A stretch of DNA of 64,000 nucleotides from a virus: positions 32,001 to 96,000 of IMG/VR virus record IMGVR_UViG_3300021437_000001; one strand, given 5' to 3'. The position numbers and the translations under genes were made by a program. Each line of letters opens with the position of its first letter. The stretch's first letter is position 1. Positions 1 to 10,905 of the stretch are shown here, piece after piece. Under the pieces are notes generated by a model that was not told the origin of the DNA, made no database searches, and saw nothing but the letters and a program-made list of their open reading frames with translations.

Positions 1-12
1 GGAGAAATAACA

Positions 13-1698
13 ATGGTTGACGTTTCAATTTTAAGCAGACTGGTCGATGGCGTACAGCGCAATGTAGACATTTCGCAAAATTCATTAGTCGTAGGCAGTC
101 TAAAAGTAGGAACATCAACTCCTACCGAGCTTACAAAAACAATCCTAGATAACTTGGTATCGTTGCAAAATGGTAGTGACGTAGCGGCTTCGCTCCATCA
201 CCATGATTCTCTATATTACAGAAAGACGGCGTTAAACTCGACTACTAGTGGCTCTTCTGGAGCTAAACAAATCGGCGTCAGCGGAACTCCAGTCAATCAT
301 TCACCTGCAAGTGCTGATGTTCAGGCGTACTTAAATAGTATTGACTCTGCCCTATCTTCTGCTGGAAATGAGAAATCCGATAGCGTTTTCCGTATCGTAG
401 ATAACGGCGACGCAACTAAAAAGATTGCTTTTGAAGCTGCTGGTATTGCCACGGCTACAACTCGCACAATCACAATGCCAGATGCAAATGTTGATCTTGG
501 CAATTTAACTAATAGCAATATTTCAGCTTCAGCAGCTATTGCTGAATCTAAATTAGCTCTAGATTATTCTACTTCTTCTTTAAACACTGCGATCAGTGGA
601 AAAATCTCTAGCACTCTTATCGGTGCCAATAACGGAGTTGCTCCTCTTGATGCTGGTGGAAAAATCCCAGTAGCTTATCTTCCAAATTCAGTAATGACTT
701 TCGAAGGTGTGTGGGATGCTTCGACAAATACTCCGACTCTTGCAGATAACGCTAACGGCGCAAATGCAGGTATGGTGTATTTGGTAAGCGTTGCTGGTAC
801 TCAGAATTTAGGTTCTGGTTCTCAAACGTTTGCTGCTGGCGACTGGGTCGTTGCTAACTCTAGTAACGTATGGCAAAAATCAGTTAATTCAAATGCTGTA
901 GTTTCTGTAAATGGTCAAACTGGCGTTGTAACTATTAATGCTATCAATCAGTTGACTGGCGATGTTACTACTAGTGCGGCTTCTGGTTCACAGTCTTTAG
1001 TCTCTACTATTTCTAATAGCGCAGTTACTCTTGCAAAATTAGCTTCAAACTCTGTTGATGAGAATAAGATCGTATCAACGGCTCTATCTTCTAGTGGCGC
1101 TTTAACTGGTGGCTCTGGATCTAAGCTTGCATGGAATCCTGATGGAACAACTCTCGAAATCAATGCTAATGCCGCCCGCATTAAAGACCTTGGAGTTTCA
1201 ACTGCAAAACTTGCTGCGACTTCTGTAACTGCTGCTAAACTTGGCAGTGATGTTGCGGGTGCTGGTTTAGCTGGTGGAAATGGTTCAGCTCTTTCAGTTG
1301 CTTATGCTCCGGCTATTAAAGCCGATAGTGAAGTGGCTGGTGAAGCTTTTGCCGCTACTACTTTGTTTGCTGTTCGTTATGGACAAAATGCTGAAACAGC
1401 AGGTAGTATTTACAAAGCTGATAAAGACGCTTCCACTACCGATAACTTTTACGCAATTGGTTTGTTTAAGTCGGTTGGTGCTTTGGCTGCGGCTGATCCT
1501 ATGCCAGCCATTACTAAAGCTGGTTTGATGTCAGCCCCTTCACATGGACTTACTGTAGGTAAACCTTTCTTCTTGGCTGCTTCTGGCGCAGTAACAAGCA
1601 CTGCACCTTCTGCAATCAATGAAGCTGTTATCAAGCTTGGTATGGTAAAAGATGCAAATACCCTTGATATTCAAATTCAAATAATGGGCGTCAACTAA
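13..1698 (+). CDS. Virion structural / tail fibre-like protein
   Basis: 561 aa, Ser/Ala/Gly/Thr-rich; repeated V(T/S)xAKL(A/G) units and a VVSVNGQTGVV motif typical of phage fibre proteins; GGAG upstream; heads the tail cluster. Confidence 0.6.
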   Translation: MVDVSILSRLVDGVQRNVDISQNSLVVGSLKVGTSTPTELTKTILDNLVSLQNGSDVAASLHHHDSLYYRKTALNSTTSGSSGAKQIGVSGTPVNHSPASADVQAYLNSIDSALSSAGNEKSDSVFRIVDNGDATKKIAFEAAGIATATTRTITMPDANVDLGNLTNSNISASAAIAESKLALDYSTSSLNTAISGKISSTLIGANNGVAPLDAGGKIPVAYLPNSVMTFEGVWDASTNTPTLADNANGANAGMVYLVSVAGTQNLGSGSQTFAAGDWVVANSSNVWQKSVNSNAVVSVNGQTGVVTINAINQLTGDVTTSAASGSQSLVSTISNSAVTLAKLASNSVDENKIVSTALSSSGALTGGSGSKLAWNPDGTTLEINANAARIKDLGVSTAKLAATSVTAAKLGSDVAGAGLAGGNGSALSVAYAPAIKADSEVAGEAFAATTLFAVRYGQNAETAGSIYKADKDASTTDNFYAIGLFKSVGALAAADPMPAITKAGLMSAPSHGLTVGKPFFLAASGAVTSTAPSAINEAVIKLGMVKDANTLDIQIQIMGVN

Positions 1699-1701
1699 CA
1701 C

Positions 1702-1730
1702 TTGATGCTTTTTGAAATGTAAGGTAAATT
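1702..1730 (+). promoter_or_regulatory. Putative sigma70-type promoter
   Basis: TTGATG-N17-TAAATT; the ATG at 1737 starts 7 nt after the -10 box. Confidence 0.4.
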
Positions 1731-1736
1731 AAGTGA

Positions 1737-2036
1737 ATGGGTAAGTTTTTACGTCTAAGCAATGGAGTTCCTAGATCATTTGATGAATCTTCGTCAGTGA
1801 CTATCTATGACCAAGCCATAGACGTAGGATCAATAATTACCACAGGCACGGCTGTTACCTTACCTGCAAGTGGTACTTACGATTCGCAAGAGTTAGAAGT
1901 ATACTTAAACGGTCAAGTATTAGACGATGTGACCGATTACAACTTTGTAGGAACGGTGCCAAGAACTCAAGTGGCATTTACGTTTCAACTCGAAGTTGGT
2001 GATAGAATAAGATTTAGGAAGATTCGTGGTGCTTAA
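1737..2036 (+). CDS. Small virion-associated beta-rich protein
   Basis: 99 aa with LEVYLNGQVL...DY motif of the kind repeated in phage tail/baseplate proteins. Confidence 0.5.
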   Translation: MGKFLRLSNGVPRSFDESSSVTIYDQAIDVGSIITTGTAVTLPASGTYDSQELEVYLNGQVLDDVTDYNFVGTVPRTQVAFTFQLEVGDRIRFRKIRGA

Positions 2037-2077
2037 TTACGAATTGGAATTAAGATAAATAAAAATAAGAGGCACTA

Positions 2078-5000
2078 ATGGCACAAAAATTTGATTCAAG
2101 ACAGATAATCTCCCACGATGTTCTAGCGAATGTTCTTGGCGTAGATGGGTCACAATTAAAGACTTTACTGCAAAATTTGAATAAAGAGATTAATGCTCCT
2201 TATCGTATATCTGCTACTTCACCTACCGCTGATTCTAAAATCAATTTCCAGGCTTCTGAAGTAGAAGCTGCTGATCTAGCTGCTAAAAACGCTTCTCCGG
2301 TTTCTTCTCAGATTCCAACTTTTCCCGCATCTACCATCGACTTCCAAAGTGGAGCTACGACTGGTGGAACATTCAATATTTCTTTTCCTAACTCGACTGT
2401 AGGTTATTTCCGAAGAATCGGATTTAGCTTAGATGCTTCTGGTACTATACAGTGTTTATTTTCTGCCGAAGTAGCCTCTCTAGGTTCTTTGGCAAATGCC
2501 GGAACCGTTTTTGTTAAAGGCGCTTTACCAATTGGTTGGATTGATCTTGAAGCCACAGCCGCTTCTCCAGGTCGTTTTAAGACCGCAGGTTCGGCCACTA
2601 ATATTATTGAAAATAAAGTAGGTAGCTCTAATCGTGTACACCGTATCGTAGGTGGCGGTGGAGCTAGTTCGGGTTCTGGAAGTGGAACTGGAGATGACAT
2701 CAATGCTTTAACTTTTAAAGCAAGCTTCACTGATCTTTTCGCAGATCTTCCTACTGACTCAGTTTCCGCTGTTGATTATACGACTGGTAAAACTGATTCT
2801 ACAACTTACGATATTGTAAGTTCTTATCATCGTTTAGCTTATGACGCCTCTAAGACCGTAACTGGTTCTGGCGTAAATATGACTCTTAGTTCTGCTCCTG
2901 CTTTTACAATTAAAGCGGGTGATGTTCTGGTAGTTGGAACTGAGGTTAAGAAAATCGCTTCTATAACTTCTCAAACTGTTTTTGCGGTTGAATCTGCTTT
3001 TACAACTACGCCATCTTCATCAGCTTGCTGCGTATCACAAGCAGTACATACTAAAGATCTAAATAACTTTGCAGGTGATGGATTAGCTGTTTCCACAGCA
3101 TTTAGCACAAGCATTAGTCAGATTTTAATGACGTATGAAGATACTTCAACTCTTAGCGACACTATCTTTGATGCCAACACCTCTCCTGTAATCGCTTATT
3201 CCGCTTCTTCTGATGGTACGAATTTTTCTGCTCTATCTTTGAGACCTACAAATCTTAGCGATATGCAGTCAATGTTAAATTTACCCACGTCAGGAACAAA
3301 CTTATACGTTCGTTTCTTTGCCAATAAATCTTCTGGCTCTGGATCTGTAAACATTCTTGGCTATAAAACATTTTTTCATAGAGATGCGTCATTCTCAGAT
3401 GGCTCAGTATTAAATCAGGCTTATGGCCGTTTAGACAATACTGGAACTAAGATTAACGTTGCAGCAATTGCAAACGTAGCAGGGAAAACTAGAATTCAAC
3501 TTTCATGGTCTTACCCTGTAGGCGTCAATTCTGGAACCGCAAATGGTTCTTTAAAAGTTCTTGTTGACGGTTTAAAACTTCCACGTTTTGTGGATAGCAC
3601 TGTATCCATTTCTGGTTACTATAAAGAGATTGATCAGAATACAATCGAACTTGATGCCGATTATTCCTTATCTCCAATTGAATTTGAAATCGTTCAGGAC
3701 GTCGCTGTTGTCGATGCTTCTGATACTAATACTACCGCTGTAGCGCAAATTCAAGAAGCTATTGGCGAAGGTTTTCAAGCCTTTGTTAAGTCTAGTCAGG
3801 TAATTAACGCAACAACCGGAACTCCTGGTACTGGACAGTTCTACTCTACTATTGCAAATAGAGCCGCAATTTCTGACTTATCTCAAGACCTTAAAGTAAG
3901 AATGGGTATTGAGCGAATCATGACTCAGCAAATCTATCAACTTCAAAACGAGTTCGGACCTAATGGCGAACCTGTTTTTTCTGTTGTTAATGATGACAGA
4001 GGGCAGATAAGATTTGTAGGCAGTGGAATATTCACGATAAATGACGCTAGTGGTCAAAGAATAGGAACTGGTACTACTTCTACAGATTACGCCGAAGTGA
4101 CATTTTATGGAACTGGTATTAATTTATTGCAGAATATTGGCGTCGCTGCCAACGTTTCTGTAGCTTATTCTGTTGATGGCGGAGCCGAATCTACAACTGC
4201 CACCACATCGTATTCTGGAGTAATCACCGGAAGAAATTATTCTACTAACTCCATTATTCCAATAGTTTCTGGATTGACACTAGGAGTACACACTGTAAAA
4301 ATTAGAGCTGCTTCTTCTTCTGGTGTAGGCTATTATGGTTTTGAAGTTTTAAATGAAGCTTCAACTTTAAAAGTCAATCCTGGTTCTTCTTATATAAATA
4401 GCAAAAAGATAACTACGAATGCACAACAAACCGTAGTTTACAATTCCACTTTTGAAAGCGGTACTCTTGGAACAAGAGGTGGTAGAGTTCTCGTTTATCA
4501 AAAATCTGATGGTACAATTGCTAAAGCAGTTACGCCTGCTGGTTCGCAACTTAATTTAACTAGTGCTGATCATACTAATGAGGAAATCGCAAGAGTATAT
4601 TCAGTAAAAGAATTTGGAGCAGGAAGAAGTGATGATTTTAGTATAGCAACTGCGGCAGGAAGCTATACTTTTACGCTTGATGACGGAACAACTACATTGT
4701 CTGGTGCAGCAGTAGTACCAAATACTTTATTTTCAGGCAGAACTGGTGTTGGATATAGCACTAGTGGATTTCTCATTTTAACCTTTGTTGGTACTGGTTT
4801 AGATATTAATTGTAATTCAACATCGGCTAATACAATTGTTACACTCGTGGATGGAGCTTCTGTAGGAAATATAACTACTTTAACTACTGGATATAGAACC
4901 TATAAAGTTGTATCAGGTCTTCCATACGGTACACATACAGTTAAATTAACAATAGCAACGGCTACAAATATAACAATAAATGAGTTCATCGCCTATCAAC

Positions 5001-6022
5001 CTAAAAAACCAACGCTTCCATCTGGAGCAGTTGAACTAGCTGATTATAATGTGATGGCTAATTATGCAGTAGGTACTTCGTTTTTAATCGAAGCAATAGG
5101 TACTGGACTGCTTCGTAAAAACGCTTTACGAGAACTTGTTTATGGCGGTACAGGTTGGGCATTGGGAACGCCGACCTCTGCTTACATGAATTATCTTTTT
5201 GTGCAAACTACAACAATTGGAGACTATGCGCAATATACTTTTTTTGGTACTGGATTTGAGTTTAGATTTGATTTACTTACTAATAATGCAACAGCCGTTC
5301 AATTAACACTGGATGGTTCAATAACTAACTTTTCTGCTTATACAACTTCAGTGTACGGAACAGGTGTGGCTTTTACAGCATCTACTGGGATTCTAAATCA
5401 AGGGTCCGCCATAAGTGGTGGAGCTGGTGGCTTAAGCATTTCTAATTTGCCATTAGGCCTGCACACTATAAAAATTGCTTACTCTTCTGGTGGAGCAGCC
5501 ATGCGTATTGGTGCTGTAGATGTCATCACTCCAATTCACTCAGCAAAGTCAAATCTTTATGCCGACCTACAAAATACTCTGCCAGTTGGTTCTCAAGGTA
5601 TTTCTGATAACAGAAAAACTTCAGCAATCAAAGAAGCTCTGCCTGCTCAAAAAGCATGGGCACAGGCAGTAGGTATTTCAGCAAATCCGACTATGGCGGC
5701 TACAGCAGCAGTACCAATCCCAGATATGTCTGTTACTATTAAAACCAATGGTGGGATTTTAGACATCTCCTTTCAAATGGCCGTTTTTGGAAATTCAAAT
5801 TCAGGTGATAGATTTTACTCAATTTATGTAGATGGTGTACTTGCTTATGAAACTGCGGATTCTGTGGAAACGAGTGCCGGAGACAGGCCTTGGGTACATT
5901 TGCGTTATTTAGTTCCAGTTTCGGCAGGAACACATAAAGTTGAAGCTTACTGGCGCTCTTCTGGAGTCGCTACGCTAACTGGACAAGGCACTGGGCGAAT
6001 CTTAATAGCTAAGGAACTTTAA
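2078..6022 (+). CDS. Large tail fibre / receptor-binding protein (paralogue A)
   Basis: 1314 aa, Ser/Thr/Gly-rich; repeated jelly-roll-like modules (xTFxGTG...VDG...GLxxGxHTVK); C-terminal ~750 aa collinear with 7156..9861. Confidence 0.7.
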   Translation: MAQKFDSRQIISHDVLANVLGVDGSQLKTLLQNLNKEINAPYRISATSPTADSKINFQASEVEAADLAAKNASPVSSQIPTFPASTIDFQSGATTGGTFNISFPNSTVGYFRRIGFSLDASGTIQCLFSAEVASLGSLANAGTVFVKGALPIGWIDLEATAASPGRFKTAGSATNIIENKVGSSNRVHRIVGGGGASSGSGSGTGDDINALTFKASFTDLFADLPTDSVSAVDYTTGKTDSTTYDIVSSYHRLAYDASKTVTGSGVNMTLSSAPAFTIKAGDVLVVGTEVKKIASITSQTVFAVESAFTTTPSSSACCVSQAVHTKDLNNFAGDGLAVSTAFSTSISQILMTYEDTSTLSDTIFDANTSPVIAYSASSDGTNFSALSLRPTNLSDMQSMLNLPTSGTNLYVRFFANKSSGSGSVNILGYKTFFHRDASFSDGSVLNQAYGRLDNTGTKINVAAIANVAGKTRIQLSWSYPVGVNSGTANGSLKVLVDGLKLPRFVDSTVSISGYYKEIDQNTIELDADYSLSPIEFEIVQDVAVVDASDTNTTAVAQIQEAIGEGFQAFVKSSQVINATTGTPGTGQFYSTIANRAAISDLSQDLKVRMGIERIMTQQIYQLQNEFGPNGEPVFSVVNDDRGQIRFVGSGIFTINDASGQRIGTGTTSTDYAEVTFYGTGINLLQNIGVAANVSVAYSVDGGAESTTATTSYSGVITGRNYSTNSIIPIVSGLTLGVHTVKIRAASSSGVGYYGFEVLNEASTLKVNPGSSYINSKKITTNAQQTVVYNSTFESGTLGTRGGRVLVYQKSDGTIAKAVTPAGSQLNLTSADHTNEEIARVYSVKEFGAGRSDDFSIATAAGSYTFTLDDGTTTLSGAAVVPNTLFSGRTGVGYSTSGFLILTFVGTGLDINCNSTSANTIVTLVDGASVGNITTLTTGYRTYKVVSGLPYGTHTVKLTIATATNITINEFIAYQPKKPTLPSGAVELADYNVMANYAVGTSFLIEAIGTGLLRKNALRELVYGGTGWALGTPTSAYMNYLFVQTTTIGDYAQYTFFGTGFEFRFDLLTNNATAVQLTLDGSITNFSAYTTSVYGTGVAFTASTGILNQGSAISGGAGGLSISNLPLGLHTIKIAYSSGGAAMRIGAVDVITPIHSAKSNLYADLQNTLPVGSQGISDNRKTSAIKEALPAQKAWAQAVGISANPTMAATAAVPIPDMSVTIKTNGGILDISFQMAVFGNSNSGDRFYSIYVDGVLAYETADSVETSAGDRPWVHLRYLVPVSAGTHKVEAYWRSSGVATLTGQGTGRILIAKEL
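4478..4581 (+). repeat. 104-nt exact direct repeat, copy 1 (copy 2 at 8251-8354)
   Basis: GGTGGTAGAGTTCTCGTTTATC...GATCATACTAATGA is identical base-for-base in both tail paralogues. Confidence 0.9.
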
Positions 6023-6023
6023 T

Positions 6024-7112
6024 ATGCCAAGAATTAATACAATACATCAGCCAGCCGAAATCAAGAACTTCATTCTCAATGGGGCACTTGATTTTTGGCA
6101 AGAGAAGGTTGGAACAACTACGACTATCAATACAGCAACAACCTCATCTCCGTTTATTGCGGATATGTTAAAGTCTATTTCAGTTGGGTCTACTACTAAA
6201 AACTATTCTGTAGTACGCAGCACTGATATTCCGACCGTTGCTCAATCAGGTTTTCAATCCACTTATAGCGCATTGTTCACAATGGTGACTGGAATCACAT
6301 CTCCTGCCGCAACAGACTACGTCACACCTTTCGCTTATTTAATGGAAGGTTTTGATTATTCTAAAGTGCATTCTAAAACTGTAACTATTGGTTTTTGGTT
6401 AAAAGCCTCTATTGCTGGAACTTATAGTGTGGCTTTGCAGAATTCAGCGGGAACACGAAGCTATGTGACCACTGTAACAGTTGTAAATCCTAATACTTGG
6501 GAATTTAAAGCTGTGACAGTTACTTTAGATTCTTCAGGAACTTGGCTGTTTGATACTTCCGTAGGTTTGGGGCTTTTTATTGGTACTATTTCAGGTGCTA
6601 ATTCGCAAACTGCAACTTTAAATCAATGGCAGACAGGTTCTTATTTGTCAGCATCTACAGCAACAAACTATCAAGCTACTTCTGGTGCGACTGTAAGAAT
6701 TGCGCAGCTTTCAATGATAGAAGGTTCTTTAGGCTTAGGTCCTATGGGCTTTCAACGTGCTGGTAAGAGCATTCAGCAAGAACTTGCCATGTGTCAAAGA
6801 TATTATTTTAAGACTGACGCTTCTGTAGTAGGAGCTTGCGGCCCAGCTCCGACGACGACAAGCTGTTATATTTCAATGCGGTATCCAATTCCAATGCGAG
6901 CAGTTCCATCTTTGAGCGGAACAACTGGAACGTATGGTATAAACAATAATGGAAATTTTGCTTCCTCTTCGACAACACCGTCAGCGGCAGCGGCAGAAGC
7001 TACTGGCGGTATTTGGCTTATTACTGGTTTTACAGGTCTTACTACAACCATGGTATATCAATTGACGACCGTATCTAGTACCGGAGCTTTGATCGCTGAT
7101 GCACGCTTGTAA
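6024..7112 (+). CDS. Tail fibre protein with carbohydrate-binding-like module
   Basis: KNFILNGALDFWQ at the N-terminus and ELAMCQRYY near the C-terminus, a pairing common in phage tail fibre proteins. Confidence 0.65.
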   Translation: MPRINTIHQPAEIKNFILNGALDFWQEKVGTTTTINTATTSSPFIADMLKSISVGSTTKNYSVVRSTDIPTVAQSGFQSTYSALFTMVTGITSPAATDYVTPFAYLMEGFDYSKVHSKTVTIGFWLKASIAGTYSVALQNSAGTRSYVTTVTVVNPNTWEFKAVTVTLDSSGTWLFDTSVGLGLFIGTISGANSQTATLNQWQTGSYLSASTATNYQATSGATVRIAQLSMIEGSLGLGPMGFQRAGKSIQQELAMCQRYYFKTDASVVGACGPAPTTTSCYISMRYPIPMRAVPSLSGTTGTYGINNNGNFASSSTTPSAAAAEATGGIWLITGFTGLTTTMVYQLTTVSSTGALIADARL

Positions 7113-7155
7113 TCTGCTATAATTAATGTAAAATAAAAGAAAAATGGAGACCTAA

Positions 7156-9861
7156 ATGTCTTTGACGAAAACAGTAAATTCAAAATCAAATATTAAGCAG
7201 TACAGCAATGCTGACCTGCCTGTTCAGCCTCGTCAACCTGCTATAGCACGTTACGCTGCCGAATCGACATTAAATCAAACCGTCATTTCTCTACCTTTTC
7301 AAGTAGATACCGTAAACGCTGCCGATTCATTTCTTCTTTCAATTGACGGTAAAGTCTTAACACCAGGCGTTCTTAACGACTTTACTTTTACCGCAATTGA
7401 CTCTTTTGGCTTTTCCTCTACCGTAACTCTTACACAAGCAATTCCAGCTTCTCTTAATATCCAAGCTATTAAACTTGGTCTTAAAAAAGAAACTGAGTTT
7501 GCTCAAGATGCTCGTTTCACTAATTTATATGAATCTCAAGACCAAGCCTTTCAAGGTTTTGTTCGTACTGCTGATGTAATTACAGCGACTACTGGAACTC
7601 CTGGTACTGGACAGTTTTACTCAAGTATCTCAAATAGAGCTTCTATTACAGACTTGACTAAGGACCTTAAAGTTAGAATGGGTATTGATCGTGTTATTGT
7701 TCAATCTATAGCACGTTTGCAAAATGAATTTGGACCTAATGGCGAACCTGTTTTTGCTGCTGTTAACGACGATAGAGGGCAAATTAGATTTGTTGGCCAA
7801 TGGGCTATTGGAAATACAACTACTAATGGAGTTCATCCGGCCACATCTAACGTAAATGATTATGTAGAAGTTACTTTCTACGGAACTGGTCTGAATTTAT
7901 TAACCGTAATTTCTAATGACGCCAGAGATTCTAGAGTATCAGTGGATGGCGGTGCTGAAGGTTCTAATATTTTCCCAGGTTCTACTGGTTCTGCTGTTCT
8001 AAATGGTAGAAATTATCAGACTAATAGCATTTTACCAGTAGTCGCTGGACTATCTTTGGGTATTCACACTATTAAAATCAGAATAAATAGTGTTTATTTA
8101 GACGTATCTGGCTTTGAAGTCCTTAACCAATCCTCAACTTTAGTAATTAATCCAGGCGCTACCTACATGTCTGGTAAAAAAGCTACAACACTAGCTCAAC
8201 AATCTCTTGCTTACAACTCTACCTTTGAGTCTGGAACTTTAAGTACTCGTGGTGGTAGAGTTCTCGTTTATCAAAAATCTGATGGTACAATTGCTAAAGC
8301 AGTTACGCCTGCTGGTTCGCAACTTAATTTAACTAGTGCTGATCATACTAATGAAGAAATTGCTCGCACTTATCACTGGCGTGAATTTGGAGCAGGTAGA
8401 ACTGATGATCTAAGTTTAATTGCAGGAAATGGTAACTACGCTTTCACATTAGATGATGGAACAACTACGCTTGTGGCGTCACAAATGACACCTTCATCTC
8501 TTGGTGGGGGAAACAATCTAGTATTTAATAGTAATGGCGCTTATGCCACTATTACATTTGTCGGAACTGGTTTAGATTATGTACGTTCCGATACCGTAGC
8601 AGGTGGGGCAGATACGTTTTCTGCTACAGTAGACGGCACCTCTTTAGGCAACTATGCTACTACAGGCGTGCTTGGGGAACGAATTCAAAAAATCGTATCA
8701 GGATTACCGTATGGTACACACACTGTAAAATTGATGCGAACTTCTGTGCCCGCAACTTACGACGCCGGAATTAAGCAATTTATCGTTTACCAACCTAAAA
8801 AACCAACACTCCCATCTGGAGCAGTTGAGTTGGCTGATTATAATGTGATGGCTGATTTTGCGGTCGGTACAGTCGGAGTTCCAAATATTTCTACGGGAGT
8901 TGTGCGTAAAAATAATACACGAGAAGTGTCTTATGTTAACGGAACTGGCGGAACTTCAGATTGGACTATTGGCATTGATGTTGTCAACGAAGCTTCTGGA
9001 TTTTCCATGACTTCTGATCGAACTAATGCGTATGCTGATTTTATATTTTTCGGTACTGGTGTAGATTTTAGATATTTTGCTGCAACAAATAGATCGAGCA
9101 GCATTCAAATATCTTTACAAAATCTATCTACTAATGGCTCACTGCTAGCAGCTACAACAACAAATTTTGCAACTGCTACATTTTCCCAATATGGAATTGG
9201 ATCTTTTACATCCAGCACTGGTATATTAAGTCAAAACGGCACTAATACAGGCGGTTCTGGTTTAAGAATTTCAGGACTTCCTTTGGCTTTGTACAAAATT
9301 AGAGTATTAAATAACACAGCCAGTTCTTTTGTATCTGTTACGAATTTTGACATCATCACTCCAATCCACTCAGCAAAATCAAATGTCTATGCGGACCTAC
9401 AAAATACTCTGCCAATTGGTTCATGTGCAATTTCTGATAACAGAAAAACTTCAGCAATCAAAGAAGCTCTACCTGTTCAAAAAGCATGGGCACAGGCAAT
9501 AGGCACAACACCTAGCCCTTCTCCAGGAGTCACGACAACAGCAACAACTTTTGTCCCATGTCCTGATATGAGTGTTACTTTAAAGACTAATGGCGGAAGA
9601 TTAAGAATAGCTTATAGTATTTGCACTTTGCATTCCGTTTCTGGGGCATCTCAGGAATTTCAAATTTATGTAGATGGCGTGGCGGTTGGAACTGAAAAAT
9701 ACACACTGGCTCCAGGAGTTTCAGCTTCCGTGGACACGAGCGATGTAATATCCATACCTGTATCTGCTGGCGTACATAAAGTAGAGTTATATTGGCATAC
9801 TAGTTCTGGCATTTTGACAGGATATAGAGATTATCGTACACTTTTAGTAGAAGAACTTTAA
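7156..9861 (+). CDS. Large tail fibre / receptor-binding protein (paralogue B)
   Basis: 901 aa; shares linker blocks (LQNEFGPNGEPVF, YQPKKPTLPSGAVELADYNVMA, PIHSAKSN.YADLQNTLP) with 2078..6022. Confidence 0.7.
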   Translation: MSLTKTVNSKSNIKQYSNADLPVQPRQPAIARYAAESTLNQTVISLPFQVDTVNAADSFLLSIDGKVLTPGVLNDFTFTAIDSFGFSSTVTLTQAIPASLNIQAIKLGLKKETEFAQDARFTNLYESQDQAFQGFVRTADVITATTGTPGTGQFYSSISNRASITDLTKDLKVRMGIDRVIVQSIARLQNEFGPNGEPVFAAVNDDRGQIRFVGQWAIGNTTTNGVHPATSNVNDYVEVTFYGTGLNLLTVISNDARDSRVSVDGGAEGSNIFPGSTGSAVLNGRNYQTNSILPVVAGLSLGIHTIKIRINSVYLDVSGFEVLNQSSTLVINPGATYMSGKKATTLAQQSLAYNSTFESGTLSTRGGRVLVYQKSDGTIAKAVTPAGSQLNLTSADHTNEEIARTYHWREFGAGRTDDLSLIAGNGNYAFTLDDGTTTLVASQMTPSSLGGGNNLVFNSNGAYATITFVGTGLDYVRSDTVAGGADTFSATVDGTSLGNYATTGVLGERIQKIVSGLPYGTHTVKLMRTSVPATYDAGIKQFIVYQPKKPTLPSGAVELADYNVMADFAVGTVGVPNISTGVVRKNNTREVSYVNGTGGTSDWTIGIDVVNEASGFSMTSDRTNAYADFIFFGTGVDFRYFAATNRSSSIQISLQNLSTNGSLLAATTTNFATATFSQYGIGSFTSSTGILSQNGTNTGGSGLRISGLPLALYKIRVLNNTASSFVSVTNFDIITPIHSAKSNVYADLQNTLPIGSCAISDNRKTSAIKEALPVQKAWAQAIGTTPSPSPGVTTTATTFVPCPDMSVTLKTNGGRLRIAYSICTLHSVSGASQEFQIYVDGVAVGTEKYTLAPGVSASVDTSDVISIPVSAGVHKVELYWHTSSGILTGYRDYRTLLVEEL
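8251..8354 (+). repeat. 104-nt exact direct repeat, copy 2
   Basis: Identical to 4478-4581. Confidence 0.9.
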
Positions 9862-9876
9862 TAAAGGAGCTATAAA

Positions 9877-10242
9877 ATGCAAAAATTAGAATTACAATGG
9901 AAACAAATCAGTATTGATCTAGAAACGGTAGATGCTAAGCTTAGAGCTGATCATCCCGATACATACAAAGGTAATCAAGCCGCTGGTATTTTAGAGCTTT
10001 GGTTTTCTGAGTTGCCAGATCAAGCAGCTCAAGATGCTATCGTAGCTTACTGGGAAGCTCTTGACGCTTCTTCACCAGAGGCACTTTCATATCGCTCTCA
10101 AACCCAAATTACAGCAGCAATCCAAACTTTAAAAGAAGGTATTCCTGCTAAAACTTGGAATCAAATGAGCGCCTTAGAACGAAGACTTCAAATGGGACTT
10201 GCGGTTTCAAAAGCAGACTTAATTGCCGCACAAGTATTGTAA
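9877..10242 (+). CDS. Hypothetical protein, possible tail fibre assembly protein
   Basis: 121 aa, AAGGAG RBS, directly after a fibre gene; function inferred from position only. Confidence 0.4.
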   Translation: MQKLELQWKQISIDLETVDAKLRADHPDTYKGNQAAGILELWFSELPDQAAQDAIVAYWEALDASSPEALSYRSQTQITAAIQTLKEGIPAKTWNQMSALERRLQMGLAVSKADLIAAQVL

Positions 10243-10251
10243 GGTGGGATC

Positions 10252-10905
10252 ATGGCTTTAACACAAATTCCTAGATTACCAACCCAACAGAAGTTTACTT
10301 CTGGTTCTGGCACCTACACAACGCCTGCCTATTGCAAATACATTCGTGTAAGAATGGTTGGCGGCGGCGGCGGCGGCGCAGGCAGCGGAACTTCAGCAGG
10401 TACGTCTGCGACTTCAGGCGGAACTTCTACTTTTGGAACGTCTCTTCTGACTGCAAATGGCGGTGTTGCAGGAGGAATTAATAGTACAGCAGGCGGAGCG
10501 GGTGGTACTGCTACTATTAATTCTCCAGGTATCGGAGTGGCTTTACAAGGTGGATATGGTGCCACTTCTTGCTCTTCGGTTCAAGCGACAGCAGGTGGAG
10601 GTCACGGAGGTTCTAGTCCTTTTGGTGGTGCGGGCAGTGGATCTGGATCTACTAACACAGGAGCAGCAACCGCAGCAGTAGCCAACACTGGCTCCGGCGG
10701 TGGCGGTGCATCTGGATTTTCAGCAAATGTATTTTCTGGCGACGGTGGCGGTGCAGGTGGATATATAGACGCTATTATTTCCTCTCCTTCAACCACTTAT
10801 AACTATTCTGTAGGTACAGGTGGCACCGCAGGCGCAGCAGGTCCATCAGGATTTGCTGGTGGAGCAGGTGGGTCGGGCGTTATTATAGTTGATGAATATT
10901 ATTAA
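10252..10905 (+). CDS. Glycine-rich tail fibre-associated protein
   Basis: FTSGSGTYTTP...VRMVGGGGGGAG...GGSGVIIVDEY, the widespread Gly-rich phage tail domain. Confidence 0.7.
   Translation: MALTQIPRLPTQQKFTSGSGTYTTPAYCKYIRVRMVGGGGGGAGSGTSAGTSATSGGTSTFGTSLLTANGGVAGGINSTAGGAGGTATINSPGIGVALQGGYGATSCSSVQATAGGGHGGSSPFGGAGSGSGSTNTGAATAAVANTGSGGGGASGFSANVFSGDGGGAGGYIDAIISSPSTTYNYSVGTGGTAGAAGPSGFAGGAGGSGVIIVDEYY

Noticed and set aside
4478-8354. Tail gene repeats as a diversity-generating retroelement or shufflon
   Set aside because: The repeat is exact with no adenine-specific mismatches, the copies are direct and both coding, and no reverse transcriptase or invertase is present in the window.
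10360-10377. (GGC)6 microsatellite as a phase-variation tract
   Set aside because: In-frame Gly codons of a conserved Gly-rich motif; slippage would not shift the frame.
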